From: the human T2T-CHM13v2.0 reference genome, Homo sapiens
Length of the DNA stretch: 64,000 nucleotides
Direction: 5' to 3' (one strand)
Assembly: GCF_009914755.1 (NCBI RefSeq)
Contig: NC_060937.1
A model generated the notes under the pieces. That model ran no database searches and was not told where the DNA came from. It saw only the letters and a program-made list of their open reading frames with translations. A program made the position numbers and the translations under genes. Shown here one piece after another: positions 1 through 14,780 of this stretch; the stretch's first letter is position 1; every line of letters begins with the position of its first letter.

Positions 1-373
1 AATATCAATGTACCCCAAATATATATTTTATACTATACATGAAATATCAAAGTTCACAAACCATATATTGTATACTGTACATAAAATATCAAAGTACCCA
101 AGGTATATGTTCTATACTGTACAAAAAATATCAAAGTACCCAAAGCATGTATATTATATACTGTACATAAAATATGAAAGTACATGAAATATATATTTTA
201 TTCTGTACATAAAATATCAAAGTACACCAGATATATATTCTATAGTGTACATAAAATATCAAAGTACCCAAACTATACATTATATACAGTACATAAAATA
301 TGAAATTACATCAATATATATTATATTAGGTACATAAAATATGAAATTACATCAAATATAGATTATATACTGT

Positions 374-751
374 ACATAAAATATCAAAGTACCCCAAATA
401 TATATTATATACTCTACATGAAATATCAAAGTTCACAAACCATATATTATATACTGTACATAAAATATCAAAGTACCCAAGGTATATATTCTATAATGTA
501 CAAAAAATATCGAAGTACCCAAAGCGTGTATTATATACTGTACCTAAAATATGAAAGTACATCAAATATATATTTTATTCTGTACATAAAATATCAAAGT
601 ACACCAGATATATATTCTATAGTGTACATAAAATATCAAAGTACCCAAACTATACATTATATACTGTACATAAAATATGAAATTACATCAAATATATATT
701 ATATTAGGTACATAAAATATGAAAGTACATCAAATATAGATTATACACTGT
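374..751 (+). repeat. Representative full-length 378-bp HOR unit (M1-M9)
   Basis: M1 start ACATAAAATATCAAAGTACCCC at 374 recurs at 752 (378 bp = 9 x 42). Nine distinguishable monomers follow in fixed order. Confidence 0.95.
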
Positions 752-3700
752 ACATAAAATATCAAAGTACCCCAAATATATATTATATACTCTACATGAA
801 ATATCAAAGTTCACAAACTATATATTATATACTGTACATAAAATAAAGTCCCCAAGGAATATATTCTATACTGTAGAAAAAATATCAAAGTACCCAAAGC
901 ATGTATTATATACTGTATATAAAATATGAAAGTACATCAAATATATATTTTATTCTGTACATAATATATCAAAGTACACCAGATATATATTCTATAGTGT
1001 ACATAAAATAACAAATTACAAAAACTATAAATTATATACTGTACATAAAATATGAAATTACATCAAATATATATTAGGTACATAAAATATGAAAGTACAT
1101 CAAATATAGATTATATACTGTACATAAAATTTCAATGTACCCCAAATATATATTTTATACTCTACATGAAATATCAAAGTTCACAAACCATATATTATAT
1201 ACTGTACATAAAATATCAAAGTACCCAAGGTATATATTCTATACTATACAAAAAATATCAAAGTACCCAAAGCATGTATTATATACTGTACCTAAAATAT
1301 GAAAGTACATCAAATATATATTTTATTCTGTACATAAAATATCAAAGTACACCAGATGTATATTCTATAGTGTACATAAAATATCAAAGTACCCAAACTA
1401 TACATTATATACTGTACATAAAATATGAAATTACATCAAATATATTTTATATTAGGTACATAAAATATGAAAGTACATCAAATATAGATTATATACTGTA
1501 CATTAAATACCAAAGTACCCCAAATATATATTTTATACTGTACATGAAATATCAAAGTTCACAAACTGTATATTATATACTGTACATATAATATCAAAGT
1601 ACCCAAGGTATATATTCTATACTGTACAAAAAATAACAAAGTACCAAAAGCATGTATAATATACTGTACATAAAATATGAAAGTACATCAAATATATATT
1701 TTATTCTGTACATAAAATATCAAAGTACACCAGATATATATTCTATAGTGTACATAAAATATCAAAGTACCCAAACTATACATTATATACTGTAAATAAA
1801 ATATGAAATTACATCAAATATATTTTATATTAGGTACATAAAATATGAAAGTACATCAAATATAGATTATATACTGTACGTTAAATAGCAAAGTACCCCA
1901 AATATATATTTTATACTGTACATGAAATATCAAAGTTCACAAACCATACTTTATATACTCTACATAAATTATCAAAGTACCCAAGGTATATATTCTATAC
2001 TGTACAAAAATTATCAAAGTACCCAAAGCATGTATTATATACTGTACATAAAATATGAAAGTACATCAAATATATATTTTATTCTGTTCATAATATATCA
2101 AAGTACACAAGATATATATTCTATAGTGTACATAAAATAACAAAGTACACAAACTATACATTATATACTGTACATAAAATATGAAATTACATCAAATATA
2201 TATTAGGCACATAAAATATGAAAGTACATCAAATATAGATTATATACTGTGCATAAAATATCAATGTACCCCAAATATATATTTTATACTATACATGAAA
2301 TATCAAAGTTCACAAACCATATATTGTATACTGTACATAAAATATCAAAGTACCCAAGGTATATGTTCTATACTGTACAAAAAATATCAAAGTACCCAAA
2401 GCATGTATATTATATACTGTACATAAAATATGAAAGTACATCAAATATATATTTTATTCTGTACATAAAATATCAAAGTACACCAGATATATATTCTATA
2501 GTGTACATAAAATATCAAAGTACCCAAACTATACATTATATACTGTACATAAAATATGAAATTACATCAATATATATTATATTAGGTACATAAAATACGA
2601 AAGTACATCAAATATAGATTATATACTATACATAAAATATCAAAGTACCCCAAATATATATTATATACTCTACATGAAATATCAAAGTTCACAAACCATA
2701 TATTATATACTGTACATAAAATATCAAAGTACCCAAGGTATATATTCTATAATGTACAAAAAATATCAAAGTACCCAAAGCGTGTATTATATACTGTATA
2801 TAAAATATGAAATTACATCAAATATATATTTTATTCTGTACATAAAATATCAAAGTACACCAGATATATATTCTATAGTGTACATAAAATATCAAACTAC
2901 CCAAACTATACATTATATACTGTACATAAAATATGAAATTACATCAAATATATATTATATTAGGTACATAAAATATGAAAGTACATCAAATATAGATTAT
3001 ATACTGTACATTAAATACCAAAGTACCCCAAATATATATTATATACTCTACATGAAATATCAAAGTTCACAAACTATATATTATATACTGTACATAAAAT
3101 ATCAAAGTACCCAAGGTATATATTCTATACTGTACAAAAAATATCAAAGTACCCAAAGCATGTATTATATACTGTACCTAAAATATGAAAGTACATCAAA
3201 TATATATTTTATTCTGTAGATAAAATATCAAAGTACACCAGATATATATTCTATAGTGTACATAAAATATCAAAGTACCCAAACTATACATTATATACTG
3301 TACATAAAATATGAAATTACATCAAATATATATTATATTAGGTACATAAAATATGAAAGTACATCAAATATAGATTATATACTGCACATTAAATACGAAA
3401 GTACCCCAAATATACAGTTTATACTCTACATGAAATATCAAAGTTCACAAACTATATATTATATACTGTACATATAATATCAAAGTACCCAAGGTATATA
3501 TTCTATACTGTACAAAAAATATCAAAGTACCCAAAGCATGTATTATATACTGTACATAAAATATGAAAGTACATCAAATATATATTTTATTCTGTACATA
3601 AAATATCAAAGTACTCCAGATATATATTCTATAGTGTACATAAAATATCAAAGTACCCAAACTATACATTATATACTGTACATAAAATATGAAATTACAT

Positions 3701-4554
3701 CAAATATATATTAGGTACATAAAATATGAAAGTACATCAAATATAGATTATATACTGTACATAAAATATCAAAGTACCCCAAATATATATTATATACTCT
3801 ACATGAAATATCAAAGTTCACAAACCATATATTTTATACTGTACATAAAATATCAAAGTACCCAAGGTATATATTCTATACTGTACAAAAAATATCAAAG
3901 TACCCAAAGCGTGTATTATATACTGTATATAAAATATGAAAGTACATCAAATATATATTTTATTCTGTACATAATATATCAAAGTACACCAGATATATAT
4001 TCTATAGTGTACATAAAATATCAAAGTACCCAAACTATACATTATATACTGTACATAAAATATGAAATTACATCAAATATATATTATATTAGGTACATAA
4101 AATATGAAAGTACATCAAATATAGATTATATACTGTACATTAAATACCAAAGTACCCCAAATATATATTTTATACTGTACATGAAATATCAAAGTTCACA
4201 AACTATATATTATATACTGTACATAAAATATCAAAGTACCCAAGGTATATATTCTATACTGTACAAAAAATATCAAAGTACCCAAAGCATGTATTATATA
4301 CTGTACCTAAAATATGAAAGTACATCAAATATATATTTTATTCTGTACATAAAATATCAAAGTACACCAGATATATATTCTATAGTGTACATAAAATATC
4401 AAAGTACCCAAACTATACATTATATACTGTACATAAAATATGAAATTACATCAAATATATATTAGGTACATAAAATATGAAAGTACATCAAATATAGATT
4501 ATATACTGTACATAAAATATCAAAGTACCCCAAATATATATTATATACTGTACA

Positions 4555-7500
4555 TGAAATATCAAAGTTCACAAACTATATATTATATACTGTACATAAA
4601 ATAGAGTCCCCAAGGTATATATTCTATACTGTTCAAAAAATATCAAAGTACCCAAAGCATGTATTATATACTGTATATAAAATATGAAAGTACATCAAAT
4701 ATATATTTTATTCTGTACATAATATATCAAAGTACACCAGATATATATTCTATAGTGTACATAAAATAACAAAGTACAAAAACTATAAATTATATACTGT
4801 ACATAAAATATGAAATTACATCAAATATATATTAGGTACATAAAATATGAAAGTACATCAAATATAGATTATATACTGTACATAAAATTTCAATGTACCC
4901 CAAATATATATTTTATACGGTACATGAAATATCAAAGTTCACAAACCATATATTATATACTGTACATAAAATATCAAAGTACCCAAGGTATATATTCTAT
5001 ACTATACAAAAAATATCAAAGTACCCAAAGCATGTATTATATACTGTACCTAAAATATGAAAGTACATCAAATATATATTTTATTCTGTACATAAAATAT
5101 CAAAGTACACCAGATATATATTCTATAGTGTACATAAAATATCAAAGTACCCAAACTATACATTATATACTGTACATAAAATATGAAATTACATCAATTA
5201 TATTTTATATTAGGTACATAAAATATGAAAGTACATCAAATATAGATTATATACTGTACATTAAATACCAAAGTACCCCAAATATATATTTTATACTGTA
5301 CATGAAATATCAAAGTTCACAAACTGTATATTATATACTGTACATATAATATCAAAGTACCCAAGGTATATATTCTATACTGTACAAAAAATAACAAAGT
5401 ACCAAAAGCATGTATAATATACTGTACATAAAATATGAAAGTACATCAAATATATATTTTATTCTGTACATAAAATATCAAAGTACACCAGATATATATT
5501 CTATAGTGTACATAAAATATCAAAGTACCCAAACTATACATTATATACTGTAAATAAAATATGAAATTACATCAAATATATTTTATATTAGGTACGTAAA
5601 ATATGAAAGTACATCAAATATAGATTATATACTGTACGTTAAATAGCAAAGTACCCCAAATATATATTTTATACTGTACATGAAATATCAAAGTTCACAA
5701 ACCATACTTTATATACTGTACATAAATTATCAAAGTACCCAAGGTATATATTCTATACTGTACAAAAATTATCAAAGTACCCAAAGCATGTATTATATAC
5801 TGTACATAAAATATGAAAGTACATCAAATATATATTTTATTCTGTTCATAATATATCAAAGTACACCAGATATATATTCTATAGTGTACATAAAATAACA
5901 AAGTACACAAACTATACATTATATACTGTACATAAAATATGAAATTACATCAAATATATAGTATATTAGGTACATAAAATATGAAAGTACATCAAATATA
6001 GATTATATACTGTACATTAAATACCAAAGTACCCCAAATATATATTTTATACTCTACATGAAATATTAAAGTTCACAAACTATATATTATATACTGTACA
6101 TATAATATCAAAGTACCCAAGGTATATATTCTATACTGTACAAAAAATAACAAAGTACCAAAAGCAGGTATAATATACTGTACATTAAATATGAAAGTAC
6201 ATCAAATATATATTTTATTCTGTACATAAAATATCAAAGTACACCAGATATATATTCTACAGTGTACATAAAATATCAAAGTACCCAAACTATACATTAT
6301 ATACTGTAAATAAAATATGAAATTACATCAAATATATTTTATATTAGGTACATAAAATATGAAAGTACATCAAATATAGATTATATACTGTACATTAAAT
6401 ACCAAAGTACCCCAAATATATATTTTATACTGTACATGAAATATCAAAGTTCACAAACTATATATTATATACTGTACATAAATTATCAAAGTACCCAAGG
6501 TATATATTCTATACTGTACAAAAAATATCAAAGTACCCAAATCATGTATTATATACTGTACATAAAATATGAAAGTACAACAAATATATATTTCATTCTG
6601 TACTTAATATATCAAAGTACACCAGATATATATTCTATAGTGTACATAAAATATCAAAGTACCCAAACTATACATTATATACTGTACATAAAATATGAAA
6701 TTACATCAAATATATATTAGGTACATAAAACATGAAAGTACATCAAATATAGATTGTATACTGTACATAAAATATCAAAGTACCCCAAATATATATTATA
6801 TACTCTACATGAAATATCAAAGTTCACAAACTATATATTATATACTGTACATAAAATATCAAAGTACCCAAGGTATATATTCTATACTATACAAAAAATA
6901 TCAAAGTACCCAAAGCATGTATTATATACTGTACATAAAATATGAAAGTACATCAAATATATATTTATTCTGTACATAAAATATCAAAGTACACAAGATA
7001 TATATTCTATAGCGTACATAAAATAACAAAGTACACAAACTATAAATTATATACTGTACATAAAATATGAAATTACATCAAATATATATTAGGTACATAA
7101 AATATGAAAGTACATCAAATATAGATTATATACTGTACATAAAATATCAATGTACCCCAAATATATATTTTATACTCTACATGAAATTTCAAAATTCACA
7201 ATCCATATATTATATACTGTACATAAAATATCAAAATACCAAGGTATATATTCTATACTGTACAAAAAATATCAAAGTACCCAAAGCATGTATTATATAC
7301 TGTACATAAAATATGAAAGTACATCAAATATATATTTTATTCTGTACTTAATGTATCAAATTACACCAGATATATATTCTATAGTGTACATAAAATATCA
7401 AAGTACCCAAACTATACATTATATACTGTACATAAAATATGAAATTACATCAAATATATATTATATTAGGTACATAAAATATGAAAGCACATCAAAGATA

Positions 7501-10500
7501 GATTATATACTGTACATTAAATACCAAAGTACCCCAAATATATATTTTATACTGTACATCAAATATCAAAGTTCACAAACTATATATTATATACTATACA
7601 TAAAATATCAAAGTACCCATGATATATATTCTATACTGTACAAAAAATATCAAAGTACCCAAAGCGTGTATTATATACTGTACATAAAATATGAAAGTAC
7701 ATCAAATATATATTTTATTCTGTACATAAAATATCAAAGTACACCAGATATATATTCTATAGTGTACATAAAATATCAAATTACCCAAACTATACATTAT
7801 AAACTGTACATAAAATATGAAATTATATGAAATATATATTATATTAGGTATATAAAATATGAAAGTACATCAAATATAGATCTCATACTGTACATAAAAT
7901 ATCAAAATACCCCAAATATATATTATATACTCTACATGAAATATCAAAGTTCACAAACTATATATTATATACTGTACATAAAATATCAAAGTACCCAAGG
8001 TATATATTCTATACTGTACAAAAAATATCAAAGTATCCAAAGCATGTATTATATACTGTATATAAAATATGAAAGTAGATTAAATATATATTTTATTCTG
8101 TACATAAAATATCAAAGTACACCAGATATATATTCTATAGTGTACATAAAATAACAAAGTACACAAACTATAAATTATATACTGTACATAAAATATGAAA
8201 TTACATCAAATGTATATTATATTAGGTACATAAAATATGAAAGTACATCAAATATAGATCTTATACTGTACATAAAATATCAAAGTACCCCAAATATATA
8301 TTTTATACTCTACATGAAATATCAAAGTTCACAAACTATATGTTATATACTGTACATAAAATATCAAAGTACCCAAGGTATATATTCTATATTGTACAAA
8401 AAATATCAAAGTACCCAAAGCATGTATTATATACTGTATATAAAATATGAAAATACATTAAATATATATTTTATTCTGTACATAAAATATCAAAGTACAC
8501 CAGATATATATTCTATAGTGTACATAAAATATCAAAGTACCCAAACTATACATTATATACTGTACATAAAATATGAAATTACATCAAATATATATTATAT
8601 TAGGTACATAAAATATGAAAGTACATCAAATATAGATTATACACTGTACATAAAATATCAAAGTACCCCAAATACATATTATATACTCTACATGAAATAT
8701 CAAAGTTCACAAACTATATATTATATACTGTACATAAAATAGAGTCCCCAAGGTATATATTCTATACTGTTCAAAAAATATCAAAGTACCCAAAGCATGT
8801 ATTATATACTGTATATAAAATATGAAAGTACATCAAATATATATTTTATTCTGTACATAATATATCAAAGTACACCAGATATATATTCTATAGTGTACAT
8901 AAAATAACAAAGTACAAAAACTATAAATTATATACTGTACATAAAATATGAAATTACATCAAATATATATTAGGTACATAAAATATGAAAGTACATCAAA
9001 TATAGATTATATACTGTACATAAAATTTCAATGTACCCCAAATATATATTTTATACTCTACATGAAATATCAAAGTTCACAAACCATATATTATATACTG
9101 TACATAAAATATCAAAGTACCCAAGGTATATATTCTATACTATACAAAAAATATCAAAGTACCCAAAGCATGTATTATATACTGTACCTAAAATATGAAA
9201 GTACATCAAATATATATTTTATTCTGTACATAAAATATCAAAGTACACCAGATATATATTCTATAGTGTACATAAAATATCAAAGTACCCAAACTATACA
9301 TTATATACTGTACATAAAATATGAAATTACATCAATTATATTTTATATTAGGTACATAAAATATGAAAGTACATCAAATATAGATTATATACTGTACATT
9401 AAATACCAAAGTACCCCAAATATATATTTTATACTGTACATGAAATATCAAAGTTCACAAACTGTATATTATATACTGTACATATAATATCAAAGTACCC
9501 AAGGTATATATTCTATACTGTACAAAAAATAACAAAGTACCAAAAGCATGTATAATATACTGTACATAAAATATGAAAGTACATCAAATATATATTTTAT
9601 TCTGTACATAAAATATCAAAGTACACCAGATATATATTCTATAGTGTACATAAAATATCAAAGTACCCAAACTATACATTATATACTGTAAATAAAATAT
9701 GAAATTACATCAAATATATTTTATATTAGGTACGTAAAATATGAAAGTACATCAAATATAGATTATATACTGTACGTTAAATAGCAAAGTACCCCAAATA
9801 TATATTTTATACTGTACATGAAATATCAAAGTTCACAAACCATACTTTATATACTGTACATAAATTATCAAAGTACCCAAGGTATATATTCTATACTGTA
9901 CAAAAATTATCAAAGTACCCAAAGCATGTATTATATACTGTACATAAAATATGAAAGTACATGAAATATATATTTTATTCTGTTCATAATATATCAAAGT
10001 ACACCAGATATATATTCTATAGTGTACATAAAATAACAAAGTACACAAACTATACATTATATACTGTACATAAAATATGAAATTACATCAAATATATATT
10101 AGGTACATAAAATATGAAAGTTCATCAAATATAGATTATATACTGTACATAAAATATCAATGTACCCCAAATATATATTTTATACTATACATGAAATATC
10201 AAAGTTCACAAACCATATATTGTATACTGTACATAAAATATCAAAGTACCCAAGGTATATGTTCTATACTGTACAAAAAATATCAAAGTACCCAAAGCAT
10301 GTATATTATATACTGTACATAAAATATGAAAGTACATCAAATATATATTTTATTCTGTACATAAAATATCAAAGTACACCAGATATATATTCTATAGTGT
10401 ACATAAAATATCAAAGTACCCAAACTATACATTATATACTGTACATAAAATATGAAATTACATCAAATATATATTATATTAGGTACATAAAATATGAAAG

Positions 10501-13080
10501 TACATCAAATATAGATTATATACTGTACATTAAATACCAAAGTACCCCAAATATATATTTTATACTCTACATGAAATATTAAAGTTCACAAACTATATAT
10601 TATATACTGTACATATAATATCAAAGTACCCAAGGTATATATTCTATACTGTACAAAAAATAACAAAGTACCAAAAGCATGTATAATATACTGTATATTA
10701 AATATGAAAGTACATCAAATATATATTTTATTCTGTACATAAAATATCAAAGTACACCAGATATATATTCTATAGTGTACATAAAATATCAAAGTACCCA
10801 AACTATACATTATATACTGTAAATAAAATATGAAATTACATCAAATATATTTTATATTAGGTACATAAAATATGAAAGTACATCAAATATAGATTATATA
10901 CTGTACATTAAATACCAAAGTACCCCAAATATATATTTTATACTCTACATGAAATATCAAAGTTCACAAACTATATATTATATACTGTACATAAATTATC
11001 AAAGTACCCAAGGTATATATTCTATACTGTACAAAAAATATCAAAGTACCCAAATCATGTATTATATACTGTACATAAAATATGAAAGTACATCAAATAT
11101 ATATTTTATTCTGTACTTAATATATCAAAGTACACCAGATATATATTCTATAGTGTACATAAAATATCAAAGTACCCAAACTATACATTATATACTGTAC
11201 ATAAAATATGAAATTACATCAAATATATATTAGGTACATAAAATATGAAAGTACATCAAATATAGATTGTATACTGTACATAAAATATCAAAGTACCCCA
11301 AATATATATTATATACTCTACATGAAATATCAAAGTTCACAAACTATATATTATATACTGTACATAAAATATCAAAGTACCCAAGGTATATATTCTATAC
11401 TATACAAAAAATATCAAAGTACCCAAAGCATGTATTATATACTGTACATAAAATATGAAAGTACATCAAATATATATTTATTCTGTACATAAAATATCAA
11501 AGTACACCAGATATATATTCTATAGCGTACATAAAATAACGAAGTACACAAACTATAAATTATATACTGTACATAAAATATGAAATTACATCAAATATAT
11601 ATTAGGTACATAAAATATGAAAGTACATCAAATATAGATTATATACTGTACATAAAATATCAATGTACCCCAAATATATATTTTATACTCTACATGAAAT
11701 ATCAAAATTCACAAACCATATATTATATACTGTACATAAAATATCAAAATACCCAAGGTATATATTCTATACTGTACAAAAAATATCAAAGTACCCAAAG
11801 CATGTATTATATACTGTACATAAAATATGAAAGTACATCAAATATATATTTTATTCTGTACTTAATATATCAAAGTACACCAGATATATATTCTATAGTG
11901 TACATAAAATATCAAAGTACCCAAACTATACATTATATACTGTACATAAAATATGAAATTACATCAAATATATATTATATTAGGTACATAAAATATGAAA
12001 GCACATCAAAGATAGATTATATACTGTACATTAAATACCAAAGTACCCCAAATATATATTTTATACTGTACATCAAATATCAAAGTTCACAAACTATATA
12101 TTATATACTATACATAAAATATCAAAGTACCCATGATATATATTCTATACTGTACAAAAAATATCCAAGTAACCAAAGCGTGTATTATATACTGTACATA
12201 AAATATGAAAGTACATCAAATATATATTTTATTCTGTACATAAAATATCAAAGTACACCAGATATATATTCTATAGTGTACATAAAATATCAAATTACCC
12301 AAACTATACATTATAAACTGTACATAAAATATGAAATTATATGAAATATATATTATATTAGGTACATAAAATATGAAAGTACATCAAATATAGATCTCAT
12401 ACTGTACATAAAATATCAAAATACCCCAAATATATATTATATACTCTACATGAAATACCAAAGTTCACAAACTATATATTATATACTGTACATAAAATAT
12501 CAAAGTACCCAAGGTATATATTCTATACTGTACAAAAAATATCAAAGTATCCAAAGCATGTATTATATACTGTATATAAAATATGAAAGTAGATTAAATA
12601 TATATTTTATTCTGTACATAAAATATCAAAGTACACCAGATATATATTCTATAGTGTACATAAAATAACAAAGTACACAAACTATAAATTATATACTGTA
12701 CATAAAATATGAAATTACATCAAATGTATATTATATTAGGTACACAAAATATGAAAGTACATCAAATATAGATCTTATAGTGTACATAAAATATCAAAGT
12801 ACCCCAAATATATATTTTATACTCTACATGAAATATCAAAGTTCACAAACTATATGTTATATACTGTACATAAAATATCAAAGTACCCAAGGTATATATT
12901 CTATATTGTACAAAAAATATCAAAGTACCCAAAGCATGTATTATATACTGTATATAAAATATGAAAATACATTAAATATATATTTTATTCTGTACATAAA
13001 ATATCAAAGTACACCAGATATATATTCTATAGTGTACATAAAATATCAAAGTACCCAAACTATACATTATATACTGTACA
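4555..13080 (+). repeat. Tandem segmental duplication within the satellite: ~4.14-kb copy followed by ~4.5-kb copy carrying one extra HOR
   Basis: Rare variants are paired at offset 4138 (ATAGAGTCCCC ~4601/8739; ORFs 4810/8948) and then at 4513-4514 (ORFs 6436/10949, 6695/11208, 7936/12450). Confidence 0.9.
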
Positions 13081-13950
13081 TAAATATGAGATTACATCAA
13101 ATATACATTATATTAGGTACATAAAATATGAAAGTACATCAGATATAGATTATATACTGTACATAAAATATCAATGTACCCCAAATATATATTTTATACT
13201 CTACATGAAATATCAAAGTTCACAAACTATATATTATATACTGTACATAAAATATCAAAGTACCCAAGGTATATATTCTATATTGTACAAAAAATACCAA
13301 AGTACCCAAAGCATGTATTATATACTGTATATAAAATATGAAAATACATTAAATATATATTTTATTCTGTACATAAAATATCAAAGTACACCAGATATAT
13401 ATTCTATAGTGTACATAAAATAACAAAGTACACAAACTATAAATTATATACTGTACGTAAAATATGAAATTACATGAAATATATATTAGGTACATAAAAT
13501 ATGAAAGTACATCAAATATAGAATATATACTGTACATATAATATCAATGTACCCCAAATATATATTTTATACTCTACATGAAATATCAAAGTTCACAAAC
13601 CATACATTATATACTGTACATAAAATATCAAAGTACCCAAGGTATATATTCTATACTGTACAAAAAATATCAAAGTACCCAAAGCATGTATTATATACTG
13701 TACATACAATATGAAAGTACATCAAATATATATTTTATTCTGTACATAAAATATCAAAGTACACCAGATATATATTCTATAGTGTACATAAAATATCAAA
13801 GTACCCAAACTATACATTATACACTGTACATAAAATATGAAATTACATCAAATATATATTAGGTACATTAAATATGAAAGTACATCAAATATAGATTATA
13901 TACTGTACATAAAATATCAAAGTACCCCAAATATATATTATATACTCTAC

Positions 13951-14239
13951 ATGAAATATCAAAGTTCACAAACTATATATTATATACTGTAAATAAAATA
14001 TCAAAGTACCCAAGGTATATATTCTATACTGTACAAAAAATATCAAAGTACCCAAAGCATGTATTATATACTGTACATAAAATATGAAAGTACATCAAAT
14101 ATATATTTTATTCTGTACATAAAATATGAAATTTCATCAAATATATATTAGGTACATAAAATATGAAAGTACACCAAATATAGATTATATACTGTACATT
14201 AAATATCAATGTACCCCAAATATATATTTTATACTCTAC
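13951..14239 (+). repeat. Truncated 7-monomer HOR (M6-M7 missing, 289 bp)
   Basis: M5 end (TTTTATTCTGT) joins an M8-type monomer near 14115. M2 ATG to M2 ATG spacing is 289 = 373-84. Confidence 0.9.
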
Positions 14240-14612
14240 ATGGAATATCAAAGTTCACAAACCATATATTATATACTGTACATAAAATATCAATGTACCC
14301 AAGGTATATATTCTATACTGTGCAAAAAATATCAAAGTACCCAAAGCATGTATTATATACTGTACATAAAATATGAAATTACATCGAATATATATTTTAT
14401 TCTGTACATAAAATATCAAAGTAAACCAGATATATATTCTATAGTGTACATAAAACATCAAAGTACCCAAACTATACATTATATTCTGTACATAAAATAT
14501 GAAATTACATCAAAAATATATTAGGTACATAAAATATGAAAGTACATCAAATATAGATTATACACTGTACATAAAATATCAAAGTACCCCAAATATATAT
14601 TATATACTCTAC

Positions 14613-14780
14613 ATGAAATATCAAAGTTCACAAACTATATATTATATACTGTACATAAAATATGAAATTACATCCAATATATTTTATATTAGGTACATAA
14701 AATATGAAAGTACATCAAATATAGATTATATACTGTACATTAAATACCAAAGTACCCCAAATATATATTTTATTCTGTAC
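14613..14780 (+). repeat. Truncated 4-monomer HOR (M3-M7 missing, 168 bp)
   Basis: M2 joins M8 directly near 14650. M2 to M2 spacing 14613 to 14781 is 168 bp. Confidence 0.92.

Noticed and set aside
900-930. TATA-box-like TATATAAA motifs
   Set aside because: These are inevitable in this composition and repeated many times, with no supporting promoter context.
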